DNA from: an uncultured Nitrospiraceae bacterium
GTDB taxonomy: Bacteria; Nitrospirota; Nitrospiria; Nitrospirales; Nitrospiraceae
Direction of reading: 5' to 3'
NCBI GenBank assembly: GCA_963706325.1
Contig: CAVPLT010000004.1
Span: 64,001-128,000 of the forward strand
Length of the DNA: 64,000 nt
The position numbers were made by a program, and so were the translations under genes. Under the pieces are notes generated by a model. That model saw only the letters and a list, made by a program, of their open reading frames with translations, did not search any database and was not told the DNA's origin. Positions 51,399-59,956 of this stretch are shown piece after piece (position 1 is the stretch's first letter; every line of letters starts with the position of its first letter).

Positions 51399-54101
51399 AT
51401 GGCACAGCCACTGGATACGGGTTCGCAAATATTGCAGGAGTCAGCCCCCGCAGCGGGGGCGCATCGGCTGGCGGATCAGCGCGAGGCGATTCACCAACGG
51501 CTGCTGACCGGTGCGTCGGGTGACGAGGTAGTGGCGATGACCACGGATGTGGTCGACGGCTTGATCGTAGGACAGTACCGCACCGCGGCGCGAACTGGTG
51601 GAGAGGCATTCACGACCGCCGGATTTCAGCATTGCTGTCTGGTCGCGCTGGGCGGCTATGGCCGGCGGGAGATGGCGCCACACTCTGATATCGACCTGAT
51701 GTTTCTGTTTCACCCCGATGCGGCGAAGGTCATCCCAGAGCTGGTGAAACAGGTGCTCCATCCCTTGTGGGACAGTGGATTTCAGGTGGGCCATAGCGTG
51801 CGTACGATCCAAGACTGCGTGGATTTGGGGCTCGCTGATTTGACGGTTCGCACCTCGATGATGGAAGCGCGGTTTCTCGCCGGGAGCGCCGAACTCTTTC
51901 AGCAATTCCATGCGCGCTATGTCAGAAAGGTGGTGTCGAGACGGGCCGATGCCTACGTGGAGCAGAAGGTTGCCGAGCGACATCGCGAGTACCAGAAGTT
52001 CGGCGAGACCGTGTATTTGCTGGAACCGAACGTCAAGAAAAGCCAAGGCGGGTTGCGCGACCTGCACCTCCTACAGTGGGTCGGGTTGGCGCGGTATCAG
52101 GCGCCCACAATTCGTGAATTGTCCGACCGCGGGATTTTGTCCCAAGCCGACTACCAGGCCATCAAGGAGGCGCGGGAGTTTCTCTTGCGCGTTCGTTCGT
52201 TTCTCCATATTCGGGCCGGCATGGCGCAGGAAATTCTGACCTTCGATGAACAGGTCTGGTTGGCCACACAGCTCGGTTTTACCGATCGCCCGCATCTTCT
52301 CGCCGTCGAGCAGTTCATGCAGCAGTATTATCTTCATACCATGGGGCTTCATGCCGCTTCGATGCGATTCGTGGAACGTTGCCGTCGCCGCTCATTGTGG
52401 CAGCGGCTCGTCCGATGGTTGCCGTCACCGCGGCTCGATCAGTACTTCGTGGTTGATGGCCAAGCCTTGACGGTGCCCGTCGAGTTACGTTCCCAGGTGC
52501 TGGATCGGCCGGCCACGCTTCTGAGGCTCTTTGACCTGGCACGCTCAAAAAAAATGAGCATCGATCCGTCGCTGCTGGAAGACATTCACCGGCATGCGGA
52601 GATGTTGTCGGTCGAGGGGTTCCGTACGCCGGAGACGGCGCGTACCTTCCTGTCGATCTTGGCCGGGCCTGGAACAGCGCGAACATTGGAAGCCATGCAT
52701 CGCGCGCATCTGTTGGAAAAGCTGGTGCCGGCCTTCGCGCGCGTGCGCGGACTGATGCAATTCAATCAGTACCACAAGTACACGGTTGATGAGCATAGTC
52801 TCCTGGCGGTGGCCAAGGCGGAAGCCTTAGCTGACCATCAGGGTGTGTTGGGTGAAGTGTATCGGGAGATCAAGCGGAAGGACTTGCTGCATTTGGCCGT
52901 GTTGCTCCACGACCTGGGCAAGGGGCATGAGGAAGACCATAGCGAAGTCGGAAAACGATTGGCTGAAGATACGGCGGCCCTGTTGGGATTCGATGAGCGG
53001 GACACCCGAACGCTCGTCATGCTCGTCCACCGTCACTTACTGATGGCCCATACGGCGTTTCGCCGGGATCCTTACGATGAAAAAGTATTACTGCCGTTTG
53101 CCCGTGAAGTCGGCACGCCCGAGGTGCTCCGCAAGTTGCTGGCTCTGACGGCGGCTGATATTGCCGCGGTCGGTCCGGACGTGCTGACGAAATGGAAAGA
53201 GTCGCTGTTGATCGAATTGTATCTGCGGGCCATGCAGGAAGTATCCGGCGAGCGTGAGACGGTCGATGAACCGCAACGATTGGCGCTTGTCGTCGCTGAC
53301 GTGGCATCGCAGCAGGCTTCGGATCCGGATATTCCAACTGACAGAGTATGGATCCAATCTGAGTTGGAACAGTTTCCACTACGCTATGTGTATGGGACAC
53401 CTGCCCGGCGCATTGCCGCGCATCTCGCCGCGATACATGGACTGCAGGTCGGCGGAGTGATGGTCGATACCGATTTCAATCCCCAGCTAGGGACCTGTGA
53501 ATATGTGGTGGTCGCGCATAACGATCTGATTCCCGGTTTGTTTTCTAAAATTGCCGGAGTCATGGCGGCGGGGGGGTTGCAGATTCTGGATGCCCAGATT
53601 GTGACGCGAAAAGACGGCATCGTCGTCGATACGTTTCAAGTCGCCGACCCCGACTATCAAGGCGCTCCTCCTGCGGAACGACGCGAGTCGATCGGCCAGA
53701 GAATCACGGAGGTGTTGACCTGCCGCCAGACCATCGAAGCGATGATGCGTCGCGGGGCCAGGCTCAGCATGGGACGGTCATTTCCGGCGCATCGGCAACC
53801 CGCTGAGGTGCGGATCGACAATGAAACGTCCGACCGGTTCACCATCCTCGACGTGTTTGCTGACGATCGGCAAGGGTTGCTCTACGTCATCACCAATGCA
53901 ATTTTTCAGTTGGGATTGTCCGTCCATGCGTCACGAATTTCCACCCGCCTCGATCAGGTGGCGGACGTGTTTTATGTGACGAGTATGGAGGGCAAGAAGG
54001 TGGAGGAGGCTGGTCGGCTGGAATCGATCCGGACGGCGATCCTCAGCGCGATCGAGACGTTTCTCGGTGCCAATGCGGCGCAAGACGCAGGGCGTGGGTA
54101 G
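51399..54101 (+). CDS. glnD: PII uridylyltransferase/uridylyl-removing enzyme
   Basis: ALGGYGRRE..PHSDIDL, EPNVK...GGLRD, YHKYTVDEH, LLHDLGKG HD domain, two C-terminal ACT domains. Confidence 0.97.
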   Translation: MAQPLDTGSQILQESAPAAGAHRLADQREAIHQRLLTGASGDEVVAMTTDVVDGLIVGQYRTAARTGGEAFTTAGFQHCCLVALGGYGRREMAPHSDIDLMFLFHPDAAKVIPELVKQVLHPLWDSGFQVGHSVRTIQDCVDLGLADLTVRTSMMEARFLAGSAELFQQFHARYVRKVVSRRADAYVEQKVAERHREYQKFGETVYLLEPNVKKSQGGLRDLHLLQWVGLARYQAPTIRELSDRGILSQADYQAIKEAREFLLRVRSFLHIRAGMAQEILTFDEQVWLATQLGFTDRPHLLAVEQFMQQYYLHTMGLHAASMRFVERCRRRSLWQRLVRWLPSPRLDQYFVVDGQALTVPVELRSQVLDRPATLLRLFDLARSKKMSIDPSLLEDIHRHAEMLSVEGFRTPETARTFLSILAGPGTARTLEAMHRAHLLEKLVPAFARVRGLMQFNQYHKYTVDEHSLLAVAKAEALADHQGVLGEVYREIKRKDLLHLAVLLHDLGKGHEEDHSEVGKRLAEDTAALLGFDERDTRTLVMLVHRHLLMAHTAFRRDPYDEKVLLPFAREVGTPEVLRKLLALTAADIAAVGPDVLTKWKESLLIELYLRAMQEVSGERETVDEPQRLALVVADVASQQASDPDIPTDRVWIQSELEQFPLRYVYGTPARRIAAHLAAIHGLQVGGVMVDTDFNPQLGTCEYVVVAHNDLIPGLFSKIAGVMAAGGLQILDAQIVTRKDGIVVDTFQVADPDYQGAPPAERRESIGQRITEVLTCRQTIEAMMRRGARLSMGRSFPAHRQPAEVRIDNETSDRFTILDVFADDRQGLLYVITNAIFQLGLSVHASRISTRLDQVADVFYVTSMEGKKVEEAGRLESIRTAILSAIETFLGANAAQDAGRG

Positions 54102-54133
54102 TCATTTTCATCGGCGGTTGAAAGGAGGAGGGG

Positions 54134-55543
54134 ATGAACGTTCGTGAGGTCTTAGATTTTGCTAAGAAAAACAAGGTCCAGGTCGTGGACATGAAATTCG
54201 TGGACCTGATCGGAACCTGGCAGCATTTCACCATTCCGATCAGCGAACTGACGGAAGGCCTGTTCAAGGACGGCTCGGGGCTGGATGGCTCGTCGATTCG
54301 AGGCTGGAGAGCGATCAATAACAGCGACATGTTGCTCGTGCCTGATCCGTCAACCGCCTGTCTGGACCCCTTCTGCTCCGTACCGACCCTGAGCCTGGTC
54401 GGCAATGTGGTCGACCCGATCACGCGTGAAACCTATGATCGGGATCCGCGATATATCGCGCAGAAGGCGGAGAAATATCTGCAAAGCACCAAGATCGGCG
54501 ACATTTCCTATTGGGGCCCGGAAGCCGAATTTTTTATCTTCGATCATGCGCGTTATGACCAAACGAATCACAGTGGGTATTACTTCATCGATTCCGATGA
54601 GGGCGTGTGGAATATGGGGCAGGAAGGCGTGAACCTGGGCGGCAAGATCCGCCACAAGGAGGGATACTTCCCTGTGCCGCCGACTGACACGCAGCAGGAC
54701 ATCCGCACCGAAATGGTGCTGGAAATGGAAAAGGCCGGCATCGCCACCGAGAAACATCACCATGAAGTGGCCACGGCGGGTCAGGCGGAAATCGACATTC
54801 GGTTCGATAGCCTGGTGAGAACCGCGGACAAAATGATGATGTTCAAATACATCGTCAAGAACGTCGCGCGGCGGCATGGCAAGACTGCCACCTTCATGCC
54901 GAAACCCATTTTCGGAGACAATGGGTCGGGCATGCATACGCACCAGAGCATCTGGAAAGAGGGCAAGCCCCTGTTCGCCGGGAAAGAGTATGCGGGCGTG
55001 TCGCAGATGTGTTTGCACTACATCGGGGGCATCCTGAAGCATGCGCCGGCGCTGGCCGCCTTCACCAATCCCTCGACCAATTCCTACAAGCGACTGACGC
55101 CGGGCTTTGAAGCGCCGGTGCTGCTGGCCTATTCAAGCCGCAACCGGTCTGCCGGCATTCGCATTCCCATGTATTCACCCAGCCCTAAGGCGAAGCGGAT
55201 TGAAGTGCGTTTCCCTGATCCGGCTGCAAACCCCTACCTTGCCTTTGCCGCCATGCTCATGGCCGGCTTGGACGGGATCGAAAACAAAATCAATCCTGGC
55301 GAGCCGGCGGAGAAAGATCTGTACGATCTCGAAGCCAAGGAAGCCGCCAAGATTCGAACCATGCCGGGGAGTTTGGATGAGGCGCTCAATCACCTCGAGA
55401 AGAATCACCAATTCCTGCTGAAGGGCGGCGTATTTAGCGAAGACCTGATCGAGTCTTGGATCGCCTACAAGCGTAGTAAGGAAGTGGATACGATGCGGTT
55501 GCGGCCGCATCCGTATGAATTCTTCCTGTATTACGACGTGTAG
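54134..55543 (+). CDS. glnA: Glutamine synthetase type I (GSI-beta)
   Basis: [42 protein letters not shown], adenylylation loop DLYDL. Confidence 0.99.
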   Translation: MNVREVLDFAKKNKVQVVDMKFVDLIGTWQHFTIPISELTEGLFKDGSGLDGSSIRGWRAINNSDMLLVPDPSTACLDPFCSVPTLSLVGNVVDPITRETYDRDPRYIAQKAEKYLQSTKIGDISYWGPEAEFFIFDHARYDQTNHSGYYFIDSDEGVWNMGQEGVNLGGKIRHKEGYFPVPPTDTQQDIRTEMVLEMEKAGIATEKHHHEVATAGQAEIDIRFDSLVRTADKMMMFKYIVKNVARRHGKTATFMPKPIFGDNGSGMHTHQSIWKEGKPLFAGKEYAGVSQMCLHYIGGILKHAPALAAFTNPSTNSYKRLTPGFEAPVLLAYSSRNRSAGIRIPMYSPSPKAKRIEVRFPDPAANPYLAFAAMLMAGLDGIENKINPGEPAEKDLYDLEAKEAAKIRTMPGSLDEALNHLEKNHQFLLKGGVFSEDLIESWIAYKRSKEVDTMRLRPHPYEFFLYYDV

Positions 55544-55570
55544 CCTGCCGACCCCGGCATCAACAATCCC

Positions 55571-55600
55571 TTGACGATGCTACAGGGGCGATGGTATACA
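55571..55600 (+). promoter_or_regulatory. Candidate promoter of the FNT-cynS-nirA operon
   Basis: TTGACG-N18-TATACA. Confidence 0.6.
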
Positions 55601-55619
55601 TGGTCCTGCGGGTGAGAGA

Positions 55620-55678
55620 AGGCAACGAGGCCTAATTTACACCGGTACTACAATATGTACACGGACAAAGGCGTCCGT
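55620..55678 (+). promoter_or_regulatory. ANTAR dual hairpin, module 3a
   Basis: AGGC-AACGAG-GCCT at 55620-55633 and ACGGAC-AAAGGC-GTCCGT at 55661-55678. Confidence 0.82.
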
Positions 55679-55712
55679 CATTCTTACAAGAGTGGCGGAC
55701 GTCTTATTTTTT
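55670..55712 (+). terminator. Intrinsic terminator 3a overlapping its ANTAR hairpin
   Basis: GGCGTCCGTCATTC pairs with GAGTGGCGGACGTC, then TTATTTTTT. Confidence 0.82.
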
Positions 55713-55713
55713 A

Positions 55714-55783
55714 GCCGACGGCGAAGTCGGTAAAGTTAATCTTGGTGAGGCATGACAGCCTCGCCCCAGGACAACGACGTCCT
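55714..55783 (+). promoter_or_regulatory. ANTAR dual hairpin, module 3b
   Basis: GCCGAC-GGCGAA-GTCGGT (G1/G4 loop), intervening stem 55744-55765, then AGGAC-AACGAC-GTCCT at 55768-55783. Confidence 0.75.
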
Positions 55784-55816
55784 CTTCCCAGCCGCGGGAT
55801 GAGGGCGTTTTTTTTT
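55777..55816 (+). terminator. Intrinsic terminator 3b overlapping its ANTAR hairpin
   Basis: ACGTCCTCTTCCC/GGGATGAGGGCGT followed by a T9 run. Confidence 0.88.
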
Positions 55817-55851
55817 GCACGTCGGTCCATCAATCACAGGAGGGATAGCTT

Positions 55852-56682
55852 ATGCATGCAGCAGATCACGAGCGAATCGCAGGAGTGGCAGCCAAGAAGT
55901 GGTCGTTTCTCGAACAATCACCAAGCGGATATCTCATCCTTTCAGTCCTCGCCGGGATTTATCTGGGATTTGGGATTGCGCTGATTTTCAGCCTTGGCGG
56001 CCCCTTGGCGGCTGCCGGGTCTCCCGCAGTGAAACTCATCATGGGGGTCTCGTTCGGAATTGCGTTGACGCTCGTGATCTTTGCGGGCTCTGAATTGTTT
56101 ACCGGCAACAACATGATCGGCGCGATCGGAGGACTGTCGAAAAGCCTCTCTTGGCCGCAAGTCGTTCAGCTAAATGCCTGGTCGTGGCTTGGCAACCTCG
56201 TAGGGTCGTTGGCATTGGCGTGGCTGGTCATTCAATCAGGTGTGTTTGCCAAGGGCCCGACCACGGATCTGATTGAGAAGGTGGCCGCGGTAAAAATGTC
56301 GCTTCCAGCCTGGGAACTGTTTGTGCGGGGAATTCTCTGTAACTGGCTGATCTGTCTGGCGGTCTGGATGGCGGCGCGGACGAACAATGACACGGCGAAG
56401 ATCCTCCTGATTTTCTGGTGCCTGTTTGCATTCATTGGCACCGGCTTCGAACACAGTATCGCCAATCAATCGTTCTTGGGCATGGCCCTGTTCCTGCCGC
56501 ATGACGCGGCCGTCAGCTGGGCGGGCTTTTGGTACAACCAAATCTTTGTGGTGCTAGGCAATATCGTCGGTGGCGGGCTGTTTGTCGGCGGGCTCTACTG
56601 GATGGTGAGCCCCTATCGCGTAAAGGAAACGCCGGAGGAGCCTGTCGCTCAGCCGGTCAGTGCGGCAGTCGTCGGGTCATAA
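55852..56682 (+). CDS. nirC: Formate/nitrite transporter family channel (NirC-like; nitrite or cyanate uptake)
   Basis: LAGIYLG, GSELFTGN, GNLVG, GILCNWLICL, GFEHSIAN, GNIVGG. Confidence 0.88.
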   Translation: MHAADHERIAGVAAKKWSFLEQSPSGYLILSVLAGIYLGFGIALIFSLGGPLAAAGSPAVKLIMGVSFGIALTLVIFAGSELFTGNNMIGAIGGLSKSLSWPQVVQLNAWSWLGNLVGSLALAWLVIQSGVFAKGPTTDLIEKVAAVKMSLPAWELFVRGILCNWLICLAVWMAARTNNDTAKILLIFWCLFAFIGTGFEHSIANQSFLGMALFLPHDAAVSWAGFWYNQIFVVLGNIVGGGLFVGGLYWMVSPYRVKETPEEPVAQPVSAAVVGS

Positions 56683-56728
56683 CAGTGAGATTTTTATTCA
56701 CGGGCGAATCGTTCTGAGGGAGAACAAG

Positions 56729-57169
56729 ATGGAAAAAGAAGCTATACGCAAGGCGATCAAAGCGCAACGGTTGAGCAAGAAGGTGACGATCGCCGAGGTC
56801 GCAAAGACGGTCGGAAAGAATCCTACATTTGTGGCGGCGGCACTGAACGGCAATCACCGCCTCACACCCGAGGAAGCGATGAAGGTCGGAAAGTTGCTGG
56901 ACTTGGATAAGGAACACATCGGCGCCCTCAGCGCTTTTCCTGTTCGCACCGATTTTCCTAATGCGACGGATCCATTCAAGTACCGGTTATTGGAAATCAT
57001 CGGTGTCTACGGAGATTCGATGCGTGAGCAGGCGAATGAGATGTTCGGCGACGGCATCATGAGTGCGATCGACTTCACCCTGGATATGGAAAAGGTCACC
57101 GGAAGTCAGGGGGAGGCCCGCTGCAAGATTACACTGAACGGGAAGTGGCTCGAGTATAAGACGTTCTGA
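56729..57169 (+). CDS. cynS: Cyanate hydratase (cyanase)
   Basis: TDPFKYRLLE, E.FGDGIMSAIDF, TLNGKWL.Y; N-terminal HTH-like domain. Confidence 0.95.
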   Translation: MEKEAIRKAIKAQRLSKKVTIAEVAKTVGKNPTFVAAALNGNHRLTPEEAMKVGKLLDLDKEHIGALSAFPVRTDFPNATDPFKYRLLEIIGVYGDSMREQANEMFGDGIMSAIDFTLDMEKVTGSQGEARCKITLNGKWLEYKTF

Positions 57170-57221
57170 AACAGACGGCCATAGTGACGCTGTGACGGCA
57201 ATCAGACGAAGGGAGGACACC

Positions 57222-57419
57222 ATGAACACGAATGCAGAAACGGCTGTACTGACACTTCTGGAGAGACAGGCTCCCCAAACATTCGAAGAATTGATGGCCC
57301 TTTCCGGTCTGAGCGCGTCACAGGTGTTGCTGGTGGTGGATCGATTAAGCCGGGAAGGCACGGTGGTATTGAGGAAAACCGGACCGGACTATTCCGTCGC
57401 ACTGGGAGGCATGAGATGA
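57222..57419 (+). CDS. Small hypothetical winged-helix-like protein
   Basis: GGAGG RBS; TFEELMALSGLSASQVLLVVDRLSREGTV HTH-like pattern; stop overlaps nirA ATG. Confidence 0.6.
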   Translation: MNTNAETAVLTLLERQAPQTFEELMALSGLSASQVLLVVDRLSREGTVVLRKTGPDYSVALGGMR

Positions 57420-59023
57420 ACAAGATCGAGGCGATCAAGACGGAACGGGACGGGTTAACAGTGCGCGACATGATCGCGCACTATGCGCTAACCGGGTGGG
57501 AGACCATTCCCGAGGACGATATTCAACGGTTGAAATGGTGCGGGCTATTCCTGAGAAATCCCACTCCCGGCCATTTCATGTTGCGCGTGCGTCTTCCAGG
57601 CGGACGAACGACGTCGGCCCAGCTTGAATCGCTGGCAGGCATTGCACTGCAGTATGGCAATGGTGTGGTGGATGTCACCACGAGACAACAAGTTCAACTG
57701 CGCCACCTGACGATTGAGCATATCCCGGCCGTGTTCGCGAAGCTGTCGGACGCGGGACTCACCTCGCTACAAACCGGCATGGATACGGTTCGCAACATCA
57801 TGACCTGCCCGGTGGCGGGCTTGAATCCGAATGAACTGCTGGATGGAACCGACATCGTTCGCGCCATCAATGAAGAGGTGTTGGGCAATCCCGCCTATAC
57901 GAATCTTCCTCGTAAGTGCAATATTGCCGTGACCGGCTGCCCGGACAATTGCCTCCATACGGAGACGCAAGACATCGCGCTCGTACCGGCCTATCACGAT
58001 CTGGGGCATGACAAGTGCTACGGGTATAACGTGCTGGTCGGCGGAAAGTTGGGTTCAGGTGGTTACCGAATTGCCAGTTCCCTGGATATGTTCGTGAATC
58101 CAGCCGAAGCCCTCGACGTCTGTCGGACCATCCTTCACATTTACCGCGACCATGGGCCGCGCGAGAATCGTACGCAAGCGCGCCTGGCGTTCCTCGTGGA
58201 AGCCTGGGGTGAGGCGCGGTTGCGGCAAGAGGTCGAGGTTCGGATGGGACGGACCTTGCCGGGAGCAGGCACCGATGCGAGGGCGGCAACCGAGCGTGAC
58301 CACATCGGCATCTTCCGCCAAAAGCAACGCGGCATGAATTATATCGGACTCAAGGTATTGGTTGGTCGCGTCAAGGCGGCCGATCTTCGGAATATTGCCG
58401 CGTTGGCGGCTCGGTACGGCACGGGCGAAGTGCGACTGTCGCCGGCGCAAGCTTTCGTCATCCCGCATGTCACTGATCGGTTGGTGGGCGAACTGGCAGA
58501 AGAGCCGCTCGTCAAGCAATTCGCCTACAACCCATCCGCTCTGTACAAGGGGCTCGTGAGCTGTGTGGGAAGCGACTATTGCAATCTGGCAGTTATAGAA
58601 ACCAAGAGCCGGGCTGTCGACACGGCACGTGCCTTGGAGCGTAAGCTGGGCGATGGTCTGAAGCCGATCACGCTGCATTGGTCCGGTTGTCCGGCGGGCT
58701 GCGGCAACCATCTGGTGGCGGACATCGGGCTTTTGGGAAAGAAGGCGAAGGTGGGCGGCAAGGTGATCGATGCGGTCGATATATTCGTCGGCGGCCGATC
58801 GGGGCCTGATCCCAAACTTGCCACCAAGATCATGGAAGATGTTCCCTGCGACAAGCTTCCGTCCGTGCTGGAGACGCTCATGCCTTACCATACGCGAGAA
58901 AAGATGCATCGTGTGCGTGGAAAGGCACTGTCCAAAGCGACGGGGTCGGGTAAGCCGGCGGCATCCGGTACTGAGGCGGCCGGAATCATGCCGGACCTAA
59001 CGCCTCAACCGTTTCCCGCCTAA
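57416..59023 (+). CDS. nirA: Ferredoxin-nitrite reductase (assimilatory, siroheme/4Fe-4S)
   Basis: MNKIEAIK, RLKW.GLF, TTRQ..QL, NLPRK.N, SCVG..YC and HWSGCPAGCG siroheme-FeS cysteines. Confidence 0.9.
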   Translation: MNKIEAIKTERDGLTVRDMIAHYALTGWETIPEDDIQRLKWCGLFLRNPTPGHFMLRVRLPGGRTTSAQLESLAGIALQYGNGVVDVTTRQQVQLRHLTIEHIPAVFAKLSDAGLTSLQTGMDTVRNIMTCPVAGLNPNELLDGTDIVRAINEEVLGNPAYTNLPRKCNIAVTGCPDNCLHTETQDIALVPAYHDLGHDKCYGYNVLVGGKLGSGGYRIASSLDMFVNPAEALDVCRTILHIYRDHGPRENRTQARLAFLVEAWGEARLRQEVEVRMGRTLPGAGTDARAATERDHIGIFRQKQRGMNYIGLKVLVGRVKAADLRNIAALAARYGTGEVRLSPAQAFVIPHVTDRLVGELAEEPLVKQFAYNPSALYKGLVSCVGSDYCNLAVIETKSRAVDTARALERKLGDGLKPITLHWSGCPAGCGNHLVADIGLLGKKAKVGGKVIDAVDIFVGGRSGPDPKLATKIMEDVPCDKLPSVLETLMPYHTREKMHRVRGKALSKATGSGKPAASGTEAAGIMPDLTPQPFPA

Positions 59024-59085
59024 AAACAGAGGCTTGAGCCGTTGTGACAGTTAGGCTATTCTCTTGAGCTTACCAAGGAGGCAGC

Positions 59086-59862
59086 ATGGCCAAGAGAGTG
59101 AAATCAAGTGAGCAACCCGCCGAAGTTCTGACTCGGCATATCGAACAGATTCGTGAGACATTGGTGGCGTTCCAGCCGTTCCTATCCCGTCGAAAGGTAA
59201 CGGCCTCGTTGGACGGGTTCGATGAGCAAGCCGAGGAGGTACTTATCGAAACCTTCGGCGGAGCCTCCGAGGAACTCGAAGCCTATCAATACGCCAAGCT
59301 CGGCGAAGCCGCCATTGTGCCGGAGGAAGCGCAAGAGGCGGGGACGCACAATATAGACCGCGAAAGCCTCCATCAGCGGAAGCAGGTATTGGAAAGTTGC
59401 CTGGCGCAACTTGAGTTAAAGAAGACCGCCAGGGCGGGCCGGGATTGGCGAAAGACCGTCGGTGACCGGCTGGACGGCCGAACCGTGGCGGAGTTCATGT
59501 CCTCGGAGGTCCGGAGCGTGCATAAAGGCGCTCCGATCAAGGAGGCCGGGCGGTTGCTCCAAAAGTGGCGTATCGGGTCGCTGCTGGTGGATGACGGGTC
59601 GCGGTATATCGGCATTATCACCGACACCGACCTCAGCCGGAAAGCCGTCGCCAAGGGACTCGACCCGAATAGCGCGACGGTTACGTCTTGCATGAGCAAG
59701 GCGGTGGTCACCATCGAAGACAGCGAGCCGCTCATGGAAGCGCTTTCGTTGATGAAAAAAGAGAGCATCCGGCACCTGCCCGTCACGGAAGACGGCACCA
59801 TTATTGGAGTGCTGTCCGTGGGAGATTTATTGCGGGCCTATGAGAAGGTGCTTGAGCTGTAA
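59086..59862 (+). CDS. CBS-pair protein with an unrecognised N-terminal helical domain
   Basis: TVAEFMS, IGSLLV..GIITDTDL, IRHLPV..GVLSVGDL; AAGGAGG RBS. Confidence 0.85.
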   Translation: MAKRVKSSEQPAEVLTRHIEQIRETLVAFQPFLSRRKVTASLDGFDEQAEEVLIETFGGASEELEAYQYAKLGEAAIVPEEAQEAGTHNIDRESLHQRKQVLESCLAQLELKKTARAGRDWRKTVGDRLDGRTVAEFMSSEVRSVHKGAPIKEAGRLLQKWRIGSLLVDDGSRYIGIITDTDLSRKAVAKGLDPNSATVTSCMSKAVVTIEDSEPLMEALSLMKKESIRHLPVTEDGTIIGVLSVGDLLRAYEKVLEL

Positions 59863-59956
59863 ATTTGGCAGCGGTAGGTGTTCCGAAAGATAGTGCGCTA
59901 CACAGCAAAAGGAGCAAAATATCGCCGAACTGTTTCTATTGGGCCAAGAAGCGTTT

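Noticed and set aside
55744..55765. Hexaloop hairpin ATGACA as an ANTAR loop
   Set aside because: G is at loop position 3, not 4; treated as a linker stem
55742..55984. 80-aa ORF as a possible leader peptide
   Set aside because: No RBS, runs through the terminator and overlaps the FNT gene out of frame
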